Shown here: positions 29,435-39,486 of the stretch, piece after piece
Layout: each line of letters opens with the position of its first letter
Position numbering within the stretch: the first letter of the stretch is position 1
NCBI GenBank assembly: GCA_021785125.1
Contig: JAJYGF010000004.1
Span: 3,124 to 67,123 of the forward strand
Length of the DNA stretch: 64,000 bases
Direction of reading: 5' to 3'
DNA from: a bacterium
GTDB lineage: Bacteria; Patescibacteriota; Minisyncoccia; Moranbacterales; UBA2206
Position numbers and translations under genes: made by a program
Notes under the pieces: generated by a model
Seen by the model: the letters and a program-made list of their open reading frames with translations, nothing else
What the model was told of the DNA's origin: nothing
Databases searched by the model: none

Positions 29435-30368
29435 AAAAATTCAAAACGCATCTTACGCATATGACCTCTGGAACAATGATTCAAAGATAATTTTGGGTGT
29501 ATCCGGCGGACCTGATTCAGCCTGTCTTTTGGATATTTTTTGCCGATTGAAGGAAAAATATCCCCTGGAATTGGCCATTGCCCACGTAAATTACGGACTG
29601 CGCGGCGCAGACAGCGAAAAAGATGAGGAATTCGTCCGAAAATTGGCGGAAAAATATGCGCTAAAAATCCACATATTAAAACCAGCTGTTCATTCGAAAA
29701 TCAACCTAGAAGAAAAGTTGCGGGAAATCCGTTATGATTTTTTCGAAAAGATGCGCCAAGAAAACGGTTTTGATCTGATCGCTGTCGCACACAATTCCGA
29801 CGATCAGACGGAAACATTTCTTATGAGAGTCTTGCGCGGTTCTGGTTTGGCGGGACTTGGCGCCATGCGGCACAAAAACGGAAAAATTATTCGCCCGTTA
29901 CTGTCAATTTCGCGACAAGAAATTTTGGAATATTTGAAAGAAAGAGACCTTCGGCACAGGACGGACAAAACGAACAAGACCGATCTTTTTCTTAGGAACA
30001 AAATCCGGAACAAACTGATCCCGTATCTGGAAAATAATTTCAATCCGAACATCCGAAAAACAATCTCCGACGCAACCATTTCCATCGCGGAAGATTATTC
30101 CTTGATCAGCGAAACGGCCGAGAAATTTTTTATGAAAAATAAAGATCTTTCCGTTAAAAAGTTATCCCGCCTGCATCCATCGCTGTTGAAGCAGGTGTTG
30201 TTGCGAGCGGCAAAAAGAATCGATCCGGACATGAAAGACATCGAGGCGGGATTCGTTGAGGAAATGACCAAGATTGTCCGCAGCACCAAGAACAAGCCGC
30301 AAATTGTAGTATCCAAAAGGTTGAAATTGACGAGAAAGGGTGATAAAGTTACAATCAGTAAGCCATAA
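29418..30368 (+). CDS. tilS: tRNA(Ile)-lysidine synthetase
   Basis: LGVSGGPDSACLL PP-loop motif; AHVNYGLRG; followed by ftsH as in the conserved tilS-(hpt)-ftsH arrangement. Confidence 0.85.
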   Translation: MKNLLKKIQNASYAYDLWNNDSKIILGVSGGPDSACLLDIFCRLKEKYPLELAIAHVNYGLRGADSEKDEEFVRKLAEKYALKIHILKPAVHSKINLEEKLREIRYDFFEKMRQENGFDLIAVAHNSDDQTETFLMRVLRGSGLAGLGAMRHKNGKIIRPLLSISRQEILEYLKERDLRHRTDKTNKTDLFLRNKIRNKLIPYLENNFNPNIRKTISDATISIAEDYSLISETAEKFFMKNKDLSVKKLSRLHPSLLKQVLLRAAKRIDPDMKDIEAGFVEEMTKIVRSTKNKPQIVVSKRLKLTRKGDKVTISKP

Positions 30369-30431
30369 TTTTTATTTTTATATCGTATTCGCATTCGCAT
30401 ACCATGCGGGTTCGCAATTCGAAAATATTGC

Positions 30432-32321
30432 ATGAAAAATCTAGCCAAAAACATAGGTCTGATACTCCTGGTTTTCCTGGTCATTTCAGGCTTGTTCGTT
30501 TTATACAGCAAGCCGCAGCCCAAACCGACCAACATCTCGCTAAGCACGCTGGTAACCCAGATCGATAATGGGCAAGTCAAACAGATAACGGTGGACGGCG
30601 ACAATCTAAACATTACGTTAAATAGCGGAGCAGTGGAAAATTCCACCAAAGAAAAGGAGGCCGGACTGACCGATTCATTGAAGAATTACGGCGTTGATCC
30701 GTCGAAGCTTGACGCGGTTAACATAAATATCAAAGATAATTCTTCTTCATCCTTATGGCTGAACACTATTCTGCCTTTTCTTCTGCCATTCGTCCTGATT
30801 GGAGGATTCATTTGGTTCATGCTGCGCCAAGCGCAAAAGGGCAATAGTCAGGCCCTGTCTTTCGGTTCGTCCCGCGCCCGCGTCATTGATCCGAAAGACA
30901 AAAGACATCGTGTCACATTCAAAGATGTCGCGGGAGCCAAGGAGGCCAAGGAAGAATTGGTGGAAATAGTGGAATTTTTGAAACATCCAGGGAAATTTCT
31001 GAAATTGGGCGCCAAAATTCCGAAAGGAGTACTGCTGTTGGGCCCTCCCGGCACCGGAAAAACTCTGATCTCAAAAGCGGTCGCGGGAGAGGCCAATGTT
31101 CCTTTTTTCAATATTTCCGGAAGTGAGTTCGTGGAAATGTTTGTCGGCGTCGGCGCCTCGCGCGTGAGAGATTTGTTCAAACAGGCCAAAAAAAGCGCTC
31201 CGGCAATAGTATTTATCGACGAGATTGATGCTGTTGGACGCCATCGCGGCGCCGGACTGGGCGGCGGACATGACGAACGCGAACAGACGCTCAACCAGAT
31301 CTTGGTGGAAATGGACGGATTCGACACCAATACCAATGTTATAGTGATAGCCGCCACAAACCGGCCGGATGTTTTGGATCCGGCTCTGCTCCGCCCGGGA
31401 CGCTTCGACCGCCGTGTCACGATGGATCTGCCTGATATCGAAGAAAGATTGGCTATCTTGAAGATTCATGCGAAGAATAAGCCACTGTCAAACAAAATAG
31501 ATCTGCGAGTGATTGCCGAAAGAACTTCCGGGTTTTCCGGAGCGGATCTGTCAAATCTCTTGAATGAAGCCGCCATCCTTTCCGCCAGAAGAGAAAAAAA
31601 AGAAATTGAAATGTTTGAATTGACCGAGGCCATAGAAAAAGTTATTCTCGGACCGGAAAGACGCAGCCGCATCATAGACAAGGAAGAAAAAAAGATAATC
31701 GCCTATCACGAAGCTGGCCATGCTTTGATCGGAGCAAGTTTGAAATACGCCGATCCGGTTCAGAAGATTTCAATCATATCTCGCGGACATGCCGGAGGAT
31801 ACACTTTAAGCGCGCCGACAAAAGACAAAAGATTATTGTCGAAAAATTATTTTATCGACGAGCTCTCCGTGCTTTTGGGCGGCTACGTCAGTGAAAAATT
31901 GTCTTTCGGAGATGTAACCACGGGAGCTTCCAACGACTTGGAAAGAGCGACCAGCATGGCCAGGAATCTGGTTACCAGATTCGGCATGAGCGAACTGGGC
32001 CCGCGGACTTTCGGACACAAAGAAGAGTTGGTGTTTTTAGGCAAAGAAATCCAAGAAGAAAAAAACTACTCGGAAAAGACAGCCGAAGATATTGACAAGC
32101 AGGTCACCAAATTCATCACATCGGCATATTCGGTGGCGGAAACGATCCTGACCGAGAAAAAAGAAACATTGGAAAAAATCGTCAATGTCCTTTTGGAAAA
32201 AGAGACGATGGAACAGGATGAATTCAACGCACTGGTAGGAATAAAGAAAAAAGTCCAGGAACCGATACCCTCAGAAAATATCGAGGAACCGGCAGCCTCG
32301 GAACCGGAACAAAATATCTAA
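30432..32321 (+). CDS. ftsH: ATP-dependent zinc metalloprotease FtsH
   Basis: GPPGTGKT Walker A, SRH region, HEAGHA zinc motif. Confidence 0.95.
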   Translation: MKNLAKNIGLILLVFLVISGLFVLYSKPQPKPTNISLSTLVTQIDNGQVKQITVDGDNLNITLNSGAVENSTKEKEAGLTDSLKNYGVDPSKLDAVNINIKDNSSSSLWLNTILPFLLPFVLIGGFIWFMLRQAQKGNSQALSFGSSRARVIDPKDKRHRVTFKDVAGAKEAKEELVEIVEFLKHPGKFLKLGAKIPKGVLLLGPPGTGKTLISKAVAGEANVPFFNISGSEFVEMFVGVGASRVRDLFKQAKKSAPAIVFIDEIDAVGRHRGAGLGGGHDEREQTLNQILVEMDGFDTNTNVIVIAATNRPDVLDPALLRPGRFDRRVTMDLPDIEERLAILKIHAKNKPLSNKIDLRVIAERTSGFSGADLSNLLNEAAILSARREKKEIEMFELTEAIEKVILGPERRSRIIDKEEKKIIAYHEAGHALIGASLKYADPVQKISIISRGHAGGYTLSAPTKDKRLLSKNYFIDELSVLLGGYVSEKLSFGDVTTGASNDLERATSMARNLVTRFGMSELGPRTFGHKEELVFLGKEIQEEKNYSEKTAEDIDKQVTKFITSAYSVAETILTEKKETLEKIVNVLLEKETMEQDEFNALVGIKKKVQEPIPSENIEEPAASEPEQNI

Positions 32322-32330
32322 AATAAATAA

Positions 32331-33284
32331 ATGATGGCAGATCCGCAGAAAAAAATTCCTTATATGGAAATTCTGAAGCGCGCGCTCGGCTTGGCCACAG
32401 CTCGAAAAAACCGCTTTCTGTGGTGGTTCGGTTTTTTTGTCGCGCTATCAGGAATAACGGCATATTTCGATCCGCTCGGCGGAAAAAACTTGTTGCAAAA
32501 TATGCCGGCTCTTCCATATCCGCGTACGACACCGGGGCTGATGCTGTTTTTTGTAATCGCTCTTCTGTTGATCGCCATAGGGATTTTAGGCAGAGGAGCA
32601 CTGATCAGATCGCTCGACAATCTTGTCGAATCAAAAAAGACGGCCTTCAATGACGGCATTGACGGGGGGAAAAATAATTTTTGGAAAATATTCTTCATCA
32701 GCTTCAGCCTGAATTTGTTCAATGTCGCCATCCTCATGATCCTCGCATCGCCGGTAGCTTTTTTGTTCTATGGCAAAGCGTTTCTCATCGGAACGCTGTT
32801 GGGAATCATAGCCGCACTCATCCTTGTTCCGCTGCTTTTTTTAACATTCTTCCTTCGCACTTTCGGCTATCTTTACGCCGTTCTCGGACCATTATCCGTT
32901 TGGAACTCATTGGAAAACTCTTATGAATTATTGATCCGGAACTGGCGCTCCGCGATCATTATGTCGATCTTGTTCATTCCCATTTATATTGCCGCCTTAT
33001 CGATACTTGTAATATCGCTGGTTCCTTTGGCATTGATCTTTATCATGCTCGGATTCATATCTTTCCTAATCGTTGGCAATGCGGGTGCCGCAATAATTTC
33101 AACTTTGGGAATAATTCTTGTTTTCAGCATAGTCTTGGCGATCAAATCTGCGCTGGCCGTTTTCGCTCAAGCCGTCTGGCTGTTGTATTTCCGCGAGATT
33201 GCCGGAAATGACAGGAAAGAAGAAATGGAAGAGAAAGAAAGTGTGATCGAAACGCTTCCGGTCAATCCAATGGAAAACATCTAA
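32331..33284 (+). CDS. hypothetical polytopic membrane protein
   Basis: 317 aa, ~7 predicted TM segments; no motif recognised. Confidence 0.5.
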   Translation: MMADPQKKIPYMEILKRALGLATARKNRFLWWFGFFVALSGITAYFDPLGGKNLLQNMPALPYPRTTPGLMLFFVIALLLIAIGILGRGALIRSLDNLVESKKTAFNDGIDGGKNNFWKIFFISFSLNLFNVAILMILASPVAFLFYGKAFLIGTLLGIIAALILVPLLFLTFFLRTFGYLYAVLGPLSVWNSLENSYELLIRNWRSAIIMSILFIPIYIAALSILVISLVPLALIFIMLGFISFLIVGNAGAAIISTLGIILVFSIVLAIKSALAVFAQAVWLLYFREIAGNDRKEEMEEKESVIETLPVNPMENI

Positions 33285-33329
33285 ACGCCCGTCAAAAAAC
33301 TCCTCGCCAATACGCGAGGAGTTTTCTTG

Positions 33330-33401
33330 TGGGACCAGCTGGATTCGAACCAGCGACCAAGCGATTATGAGTCGCCTGCTCTACCGCTGAGCTATGGTCC
33401 C
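33330..33401 (-). tRNA. tRNA-Ile2 (anticodon CAT, lysidine-type)
   Basis: Anticodon arm/variable/T-stem GCAGGCGACTCATAATCGCTTGGTCGCTGGTTC is nearly identical to E. coli tRNA-Ile2(LAU); G1-C72 excludes initiator. Confidence 0.75.
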
Positions 33402-33423
33402 GATATCGTCATAAAAATATCGG

Positions 33424-33497
33424 TGGGTCTGGGCAGACTCGAACTGCAGACCTCTTCCATGTCAAGGAAGCGCTCTAACCAACTGAGCTACAGACCC
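33424..33497 (-). tRNA. tRNA-Val (anticodon GAC)
   Basis: GGGTCTG TA GCTC AGTTGGTTA GAGC G CTTCC TTGACAT GGAAG AGGTC TGCAG TTCGAGT CTGCC CAGACCC A. Confidence 0.8.
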
Positions 33498-33539
33498 GGA
33501 TACATAACTTATCTTATTTTAAAATAAACAGGGCGTCAA

Positions 33540-34496
33540 TCACTTCTTTCTCCTGCGACCATGAAAAGCCTGATGAATTTCTTTCAATTGACGATTAGTC
33601 ACATGGGTATAAATCTGGGTTGTCGTAATGGAAGAATGTCCCAGCATCGCTTGCACACTACGGATATCAGCTCCATTCATCAAAAGATCGGTTGCGAACG
33701 AATGGCGCAGAGTATGCGGATGGACATCCTTTATGATGCCGGCTTTCGCCGCGTAATATTTGACTATTCTTTGAATGCTGCGGGGAGTCAGGCGCAAACT
33801 TCCGGATTTTATTTTATTTTTGCCTACGCAAGGTTCGCTTTTGCCGGAAAATTTAATCGCAGCCAGCCTATCTCTGACAAAAAGCGCCGGATCCATATCG
33901 GTCCGTTTTTCCAAATATCTGGCCAGCGCCGCGGCCGCGCCGGCTGAAACAAACACGACTCGAACCTTATCTCCTTTGCCGCGCACGCTGAATTCACGTT
34001 TCTCGAGATCCAGCCTGTCCCGATCAACACCGGTAAGCTCTGAAACGCGCAATCCGGCCGAAAAGAGCAGCTCTAAAATCGCGCGGTCCCGCAATGATTT
34101 GAAATCGCCGCCGTTGGCAGCCGCAATAATTCTATCCACCTCGTCCGCTTCCAAAAATTCCACTTCTCTCGACGGATTTCTGCCTACCTCCACCTTTTCG
34201 GCCTGAAGTGCCTTGACATCTCTTTTGGCCAGATATTTCAAAAAGCTGCGGATAGAAATAATGTAATAATTCTGGGTATTTCTTTTCAAAGTACGTCCAG
34301 CCACACCTTCCGTCCGATTAAGATAGACTCGAAAATTACGTATCAAATCATCGGTAATTTGCCCGGGATCGGAAATTTTGGCCCAATTTAAAAACTTGTC
34401 CAGATAACGGTTGTAATTTTCTATCGTTTTGAGCGACCGGCTTTTTTCTATTTCCAAATATTCCAAAAATTGACTTTTAAGCGTTTTTATGTCCAT
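33540..34496 (-). CDS. xerD: tyrosine recombinase XerC/XerD family
   Basis: ARGTE-type N-terminal core-binding region; C-terminal HTLRHSFAT...Y catalytic motifs. Confidence 0.8.
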   Translation of the reverse strand: MDIKTLKSQFLEYLEIEKSRSLKTIENYNRYLDKFLNWAKISDPGQITDDLIRNFRVYLNRTEGVAGRTLKRNTQNYYIISIRSFLKYLAKRDVKALQAEKVEVGRNPSREVEFLEADEVDRIIAAANGGDFKSLRDRAILELLFSAGLRVSELTGVDRDRLDLEKREFSVRGKGDKVRVVFVSAGAAAALARYLEKRTDMDPALFVRDRLAAIKFSGKSEPCVGKNKIKSGSLRLTPRSIQRIVKYYAAKAGIIKDVHPHTLRHSFATDLLMNGADIRSVQAMLGHSSITTTQIYTHVTNRQLKEIHQAFHGRRRKK

Positions 34497-34627
34497 ATGT
34501 TTTTATTTTCCCACTGTTTTGCGACATGCACAGTATAATTTTACCCCAAAACAAAGGAAAATAAAACACCCGCCAAAATCGCGCATCAATTCAAAAATAA
34601 CTTTCGAAATATTATCTTAGCGCCCAT

Positions 34628-34656
34628 TTGACACCATAACCATGTCCTTATATACT
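34628..34656 (+). promoter_or_regulatory. sigma70-like promoter (TTGACA-17-TATACT) with >=120-nt structured leader
   Basis: ttgaca ccataaccatgtcctta tatact; leader contains GGCUUCGGAGCC (UUCG tetraloop) hairpin. Confidence 0.45.
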
Positions 34657-34784
34657 GGTTATGATAAAAATTAGGGCTTCGGAGCCGATGGCAAAATGTC
34701 TCTCGACATCACGTCTTAAGGCCGAAACCAAAAAGAAAGATCAATGTCATTAGTAAACTAATTATCGCCACGTTTCGAGATTTA

Positions 34785-35927
34785 TTGGGCCGTGACAACC
34801 GCAGAAGTCTTTCAATCAAGATACACCTCGGCCAAAAAAATATTATAAACTTCATAAAAGAGCGCCGGACCGTCAAATTGCTTCATCTTTTTAGAGGCTA
34901 TTCGGCTTTAATTGTGGTCATTTCGAGTGCGCTCTTGGTGTCTTCCACCAATTTAGCCGCCGGAAAGGAATCCAGCGGATTTTTATTTGGATCATTCGGA
35001 GGAAACAGCGACAACTATTCCAATCCGCTGGAAAACAAAATGATTTTAGCGGCATCAATCGCCAAAAAAGACTTGGCCTTGGCGCCTTTGGCCCAGGCTA
35101 GTACTGCTCCTGATCCTAATGCCGCACCAAACAACAGTTCTGATTTCACCGCTCTGCAGGGTCAGGCCTTGGTGGCCAGCACCAGTCCGGTTAGGCCAGA
35201 TCCTAAAGAAGACGGTGGCGTAAGCATCTACACTGTCCAGTCCGGAGATACGATCAGCTCAATTGCGGCCAGCCATAATATCACCGTTAACACCATCTTG
35301 TGGGCAAACGCTTTGGATGACGTCAATTCGATCAAACCGGGCGATAAGATATTCATCCTGCCGACCGACGGAGTTTCATATACGGTAAAATCGGGAGACA
35401 GCATAGATTATATCACTCAAAAATTCAAGGCCGATAAAAGCAAGATCATCGCTTTTAATGATCTTCCAGCTACCGGAAAACTGACCGATGGAGAAACTAT
35501 CATCATTCCTGACGGCCAAAAAGAAATTCCGCAATCCGCAGCCAGCACCGGAATTGCCGCCCGCCAATACGCGCCTTTTGCGAGTACGCCAGGTAAATTC
35601 GTAACATCGTCCGGAGCCGGAGAAGGACATCAGTTTCCAACCGGTTACTGTACTTGGTGGGTAGCTCAAAACCGCTATATCCCATGGTCAGGAAATGCCG
35701 GTACTTGGCTATTCCATGCTAAAACCATGGGCTACGCGACCGGAAGGACGCCTAGGGTCGGAGCCATCATGGTTGAAGATGTTTATCCTTACGGGCACGT
35801 GGCCCTGGTCAGAAGCGTCAGCGGCAACTCATTCCAAGTTTCCGAAATGAATTTCGTCCACTTTGATCATGTCGACTACAGAGATGTCAGCACTCATGAT
35901 CCTTCCGTGATAGGATTTATTTACTAA
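34785..35927 (+). CDS. cell-wall hydrolase with two LysM domains and C-terminal CHAP domain
   Basis: YTVQSGDTISSIA and YTVKSGDSIDYIT LysM motifs; C-terminal GYCTWWV...YGHVALV CHAP Cys/His. Confidence 0.75.
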   Translation: MGRDNRRSLSIKIHLGQKNIINFIKERRTVKLLHLFRGYSALIVVISSALLVSSTNLAAGKESSGFLFGSFGGNSDNYSNPLENKMILAASIAKKDLALAPLAQASTAPDPNAAPNNSSDFTALQGQALVASTSPVRPDPKEDGGVSIYTVQSGDTISSIAASHNITVNTILWANALDDVNSIKPGDKIFILPTDGVSYTVKSGDSIDYITQKFKADKSKIIAFNDLPATGKLTDGETIIIPDGQKEIPQSAASTGIAARQYAPFASTPGKFVTSSGAGEGHQFPTGYCTWWVAQNRYIPWSGNAGTWLFHAKTMGYATGRTPRVGAIMVEDVYPYGHVALVRSVSGNSFQVSEMNFVHFDHVDYRDVSTHDPSVIGFIY

Positions 35928-35947
35928 ATATCCTGCTGCTTTTGCCA

Positions 35948-38245
35948 CTAGCCGATTTTTTTGAGCGGAGCGATGGAGGCAGAAAGTTTTTTAAGACCGG
36001 CTTTGGAAAAAGCGACGGTCAGAATGTCTCCTTGTGCCGCAATGACCAAACCATCGCCAAAAGTTTCATGATGAATGCGATCACCGTCTTTGAACGAATT
36101 CTTAAAGTTGAGCTTTTGAGTACCATTTTCGGATTTCTTAAAGCTCGCCTTTTGAGCCGTTATTTTTCCAGGGCTTAGCTCATGATAATCCTCGAGAAGA
36201 TGCTTCGGTATGTCATCGATGAATCTGGAATGCGCATTTATCTGCAAAGATCCGAATATATTCCTTTCGCGAGTGAACAAAAGATAAACTTTTTCTTTGG
36301 CGCGCGTTATGCCGACATACATCAGCCGCCTCTCTTCCTCCATTTCATTGTGATTGATCAAGCTGCGCGAATGGGGCAAGATTCCTTCTTCAAGCCCGAC
36401 AATGAACACGACTTTGAATTCCAGGCCCTTGGCGCTGTGCAAGGTCATCAAATGTACCGCCTCGGATGATTGATCAACATTGTCCGTGTCCGCAATCAGC
36501 GCCACTTCTTCCAAGAACAAGTTCAGCCCTTCTTCGCCGGAATATTCATCATATTTTTTTGATACGGTCAAAAGTTCTTTCACATTTTCATATCTCATCT
36601 GACCCTCATCCGTTCCGTCCAGTAAATATTTTTCATATCCGCTTTCCGTAAAAACAAATTCCATAAATTCAGTAACTGATATTTTTTTCAATTTATCTTT
36701 AGCCCTGACTATAAAATCAGAAAATCTGACAATATTATCCGCTCTCTGTTTTGAAATTTGAGAATTGGAAATTGAGATTTGATTGGAAATTGGAAATTGG
36801 AAATTGGAAATTTGGAGACCTGATGTTATTAAATCTATTTTATTATGCCTTGCAAACGAAATCCATTTTGATAATGTTGCTTCCCCTATATTCCTTTTTG
36901 GCTCGTTTATGATCCTTTCCAGGGCCGCTTCGTCATTGAAGTTGTTGACCAACCTTGCATAAGCGATGATATCCTTGACTTCTTTTCTTTGATAGAACTT
37001 CAAACCGCCGATTATGCGATAGGGGGTCGAATTGCGAAGCATCGCCTCTTCCACCATGCGAGATTGGGCGTTGGTGCGATAAAGAACCACAAAGTCGGAA
37101 AGCTTCAATCCGTTTCGCCTTTCAGACATCGGATGTTCGACAGATCTGGCAGACGAGAAATGCCCGATATCTTGGCCAAGCAACTTATTTATCTCACTAA
37201 TTATAAATTCTGCTTCATCTCTTTCATCCTGCGCTTCATATGAACTCAAGAGATTTCCACCCTTATTTTGGGTCCAAATTTTCTTGTCTTTGCGGTTCAC
37301 ATTTTTGGAAATCACGCCGTAAGCCGCATCCAAGATATTCTGCGACGACCTATAGTTCTGCTCCAGCTTGACGACTTTGGCGTTCGGATAATCCTTTTCG
37401 AAATCCAGAATGTTTTGAATGTTGGCTCCGCGCCACGAATAGATGCCCTGCCAATCGTCGCCCACCACGCAGATGTTGCCCCACTTTTCAGCCAGAAGCC
37501 GCACCAAGACATATTGGGCATGATTAGTATCCTGATATTCATCTACCATGACATACCTGAAAAGGTTCTGGTATTTTTCCAAAATTTCGGGATTTTTTTG
37601 GAACAGTTTGACGATCAGCATCAAAATGTCGTCGAAATCCAATGCGTCCTGCTCTTTCAGCCTTTTCTGATAGGTCGAATATATTTTCGACACTATCTCT
37701 TCATAGTATCCTCCGACCTGTTTGTGGAAATCTTCCGCGTCAATCAGTTCATTCTTGGCCCTGGAAATTGTTCCCAGCATCGCCTTCGGTTTGAACTGAT
37801 CGATGTTTATTTCCAATTCCTTCATAATCTTTTTCATGAGCATTTCTTGATCTTGGGTGTCGAATATATTGAATTTTTTGGAATAGCCGAGCTTTTCGAT
37901 CTCGTGGCGCAAGATCCTGGCACAAATAGCATGAAATGTTCCAACCAGAGGCATCTCGAGGCTCAATCTCGAACTATCCGTAGGCCTATAGGAGGTTGAG
38001 ATTCCCACTAGCAAATTTTTAATCCTTTCTTTCATCTCTTGCGCGGCCTTATTGGTGAAAGTGACGGCCAAAATATTTCGTGGCGCCACTTTTTTTTCGC
38101 GGATTAGATACGCTGCCCGATGCGTCAAAGCCTTGGTTTTACCGCTTCCGGCACCGGCAATGATCAAAACCGCCCCTTCGGTCGTTTCCACCGCCTCTCT
38201 TTGAGCCGGATTTAAATTTTTCAAAATATCTTCCATAAAATTCAT
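35948..38245 (-). CDS. pcrA: ATP-dependent DNA helicase PcrA/UvrD
   Basis: AGAGSGKT, DEYQDTN, helicase motifs; start moved to MNFMEDILKNLNPAQ; contains low-complexity insert encoded by heptamer repeat. Confidence 0.9.
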   Translation of the reverse strand: MNFMEDILKNLNPAQREAVETTEGAVLIIAGAGSGKTKALTHRAAYLIREKKVAPRNILAVTFTNKAAQEMKERIKNLLVGISTSYRPTDSSRLSLEMPLVGTFHAICARILRHEIEKLGYSKKFNIFDTQDQEMLMKKIMKELEINIDQFKPKAMLGTISRAKNELIDAEDFHKQVGGYYEEIVSKIYSTYQKRLKEQDALDFDDILMLIVKLFQKNPEILEKYQNLFRYVMVDEYQDTNHAQYVLVRLLAEKWGNICVVGDDWQGIYSWRGANIQNILDFEKDYPNAKVVKLEQNYRSSQNILDAAYGVISKNVNRKDKKIWTQNKGGNLLSSYEAQDERDEAEFIISEINKLLGQDIGHFSSARSVEHPMSERRNGLKLSDFVVLYRTNAQSRMVEEAMLRNSTPYRIIGGLKFYQRKEVKDIIAYARLVNNFNDEAALERIINEPKRNIGEATLSKWISFARHNKIDLITSGLQISNFQFPISNQISISNSQISKQRADNIVRFSDFIVRAKDKLKKISVTEFMEFVFTESGYEKYLLDGTDEGQMRYENVKELLTVSKKYDEYSGEEGLNLFLEEVALIADTDNVDQSSEAVHLMTLHSAKGLEFKVVFIVGLEEGILPHSRSLINHNEMEEERRLMYVGITRAKEKVYLLFTRERNIFGSLQINAHSRFIDDIPKHLLEDYHELSPGKITAQKASFKKSENGTQKLNFKNSFKDGDRIHHETFGDGLVIAAQGDILTVAFSKAGLKKLSASIAPLKKIG
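36763..36815. repeat. heptanucleotide tandem repeat (TGGAAAT)n, 4 perfect + flanking degenerate units, inside pcrA CDS
   Basis: ttggaaattgagatttga ttggaaat tggaaat tggaaat tggaaat ttggag; encodes QISNFQFPISNQISISN. Confidence 0.85.
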
Positions 38246-38430
38246 TTTAGCATATTTCTGCCCATTAAAGACATCGGATGTCCAACAGACGCGCAAGGCA
38301 AGAGACATCCGATGTCCAACTATTCGAATGCTGGACAAAACCTTTTATCTGTGCTAAAATAGAAAGGTAATAAATTATTAGCTGACATTAGTTGTCGCAT
38401 GGACGCAACGAATGTTATGCCGAAAAAACT

Positions 38431-38700
38431 ATGGCACTGACCCATAAACAGAAGGAAAAAGTCACGCTCGACGTGAAAAGACACGAAAAAGATACTGGTT
38501 CTCCGGAATATCAAATCGCTCTCTTCACAGAGAAAATCAAGAAGTTGACCGCTCACCTCAAAAAGAACGCGAAGGATTTCCATTCAAGAAGAGGTCTGCT
38601 GAAGATGGTGTCCAAAAGAAAAAGACTGATGACATACTTGCAGAAGGTCAATGAAAAATCCTACAAAGCGCTTATCAAAAAGCTTGATATAAAAGGATAA
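38431..38700 (+). CDS. rpsO: 30S ribosomal protein S15
   Basis: MALTHKQKEKV...GLLKMVSKRKRLMTYL S15 pattern; start at internal Met of track ORF. Confidence 0.9.
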   Translation: MALTHKQKEKVTLDVKRHEKDTGSPEYQIALFTEKIKKLTAHLKKNAKDFHSRRGLLKMVSKRKRLMTYLQKVNEKSYKALIKKLDIKG

Positions 38701-38715
38701 CATATTTAAAAACGG

Positions 38716-38743
38716 GTGATAAATGCCCGTTTTTAATTTAAAA
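38716..38743 (+). terminator. rho-independent terminator after rpsO
   Basis: aaaacggg tgataaat gcccgttttt. Confidence 0.6.
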
Positions 38744-38771
38744 TTATAAATTTAAAATTTAAAATTATTGT

Positions 38772-39269
38772 ATGAGCATATTCAAAGAACAACGCGTGGG
38801 AGTTTTGGTTGATATCCAAAACCTCTATTACTCAGCCCGAGTCCTTCATAAGAAGAAGGTCAATTTCGGCGCGCTTCTCAAAGAAAGCGTCGGTGACAGA
38901 AAGCTGATCCGAGCCATGGCCTATGGCATCAAGACCGTGGAGGGCTTGGAGGAGAAATTTTTCGATGCGCTTGGAAAGCAAGGTTTTGAGGTCAAAACCA
39001 AGGATCTACAAATATTTCCAGGAGGAGCCAAAAAAGGCGATTGGGATGTCGGAATCGCAGTGGACGCGATCAAGATGAGCAAGAATCTGGATGCCATCAT
39101 CCTAATGAGCGGAGACGGAGACTATCTGCCGCTCATGGAATATCTCCAAGGCACCACCGGATGTCGCGTCGAAATCGTCGCATTTGTCGAATCGACCAAC
39201 AAAAAACTGATGGAAACCGCCGACAATTTCATAAACATCAGCGAAAACAAAAAGAAATTTTTAATATAA
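38772..39269 (+). CDS. NYN-domain (LabA-like, PIN-fold) protein
   Basis: VGVLVDIQNLYYS ... MSGDGDY motifs typical of NYN/LabA. Confidence 0.7.
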   Translation: MSIFKEQRVGVLVDIQNLYYSARVLHKKKVNFGALLKESVGDRKLIRAMAYGIKTVEGLEEKFFDALGKQGFEVKTKDLQIFPGGAKKGDWDVGIAVDAIKMSKNLDAIILMSGDGDYLPLMEYLQGTTGCRVEIVAFVESTNKKLMETADNFINISENKKKFLI

Positions 39270-39486
39270 TCATAAAGCCCGCCAAAAGCGGGTTTTTATA
39301 TATGTAAAACGCGTAACGGCCAGTGTGTTAAAAAAATTGACAAAACGCACTAAATAAGCTAGAGTTATAAGCGTTAACAACCTAATTTTGGCCTTAGTTG
39401 ATGCGTAAAAGGCACAATAATGCGTTCAAAATCTTGAACCCAATATCGTGTTTATAACGTCATTAGCTGAAGGCTAGTACGTTCTT

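Noticed and set aside
30848-31420. 190-aa and 132-aa minus-strand ORFs inside ftsH
   Set aside because: Antisense to a high-confidence FtsH reading frame.
33540-34496. Tyrosine recombinase abutting two tRNA genes as an integrase marking an integrated element
   Set aside because: The protein matches the chromosomal XerC/XerD pattern. No att-like direct repeat of the tRNA 3' end is visible downstream and the neighbouring genes look core.
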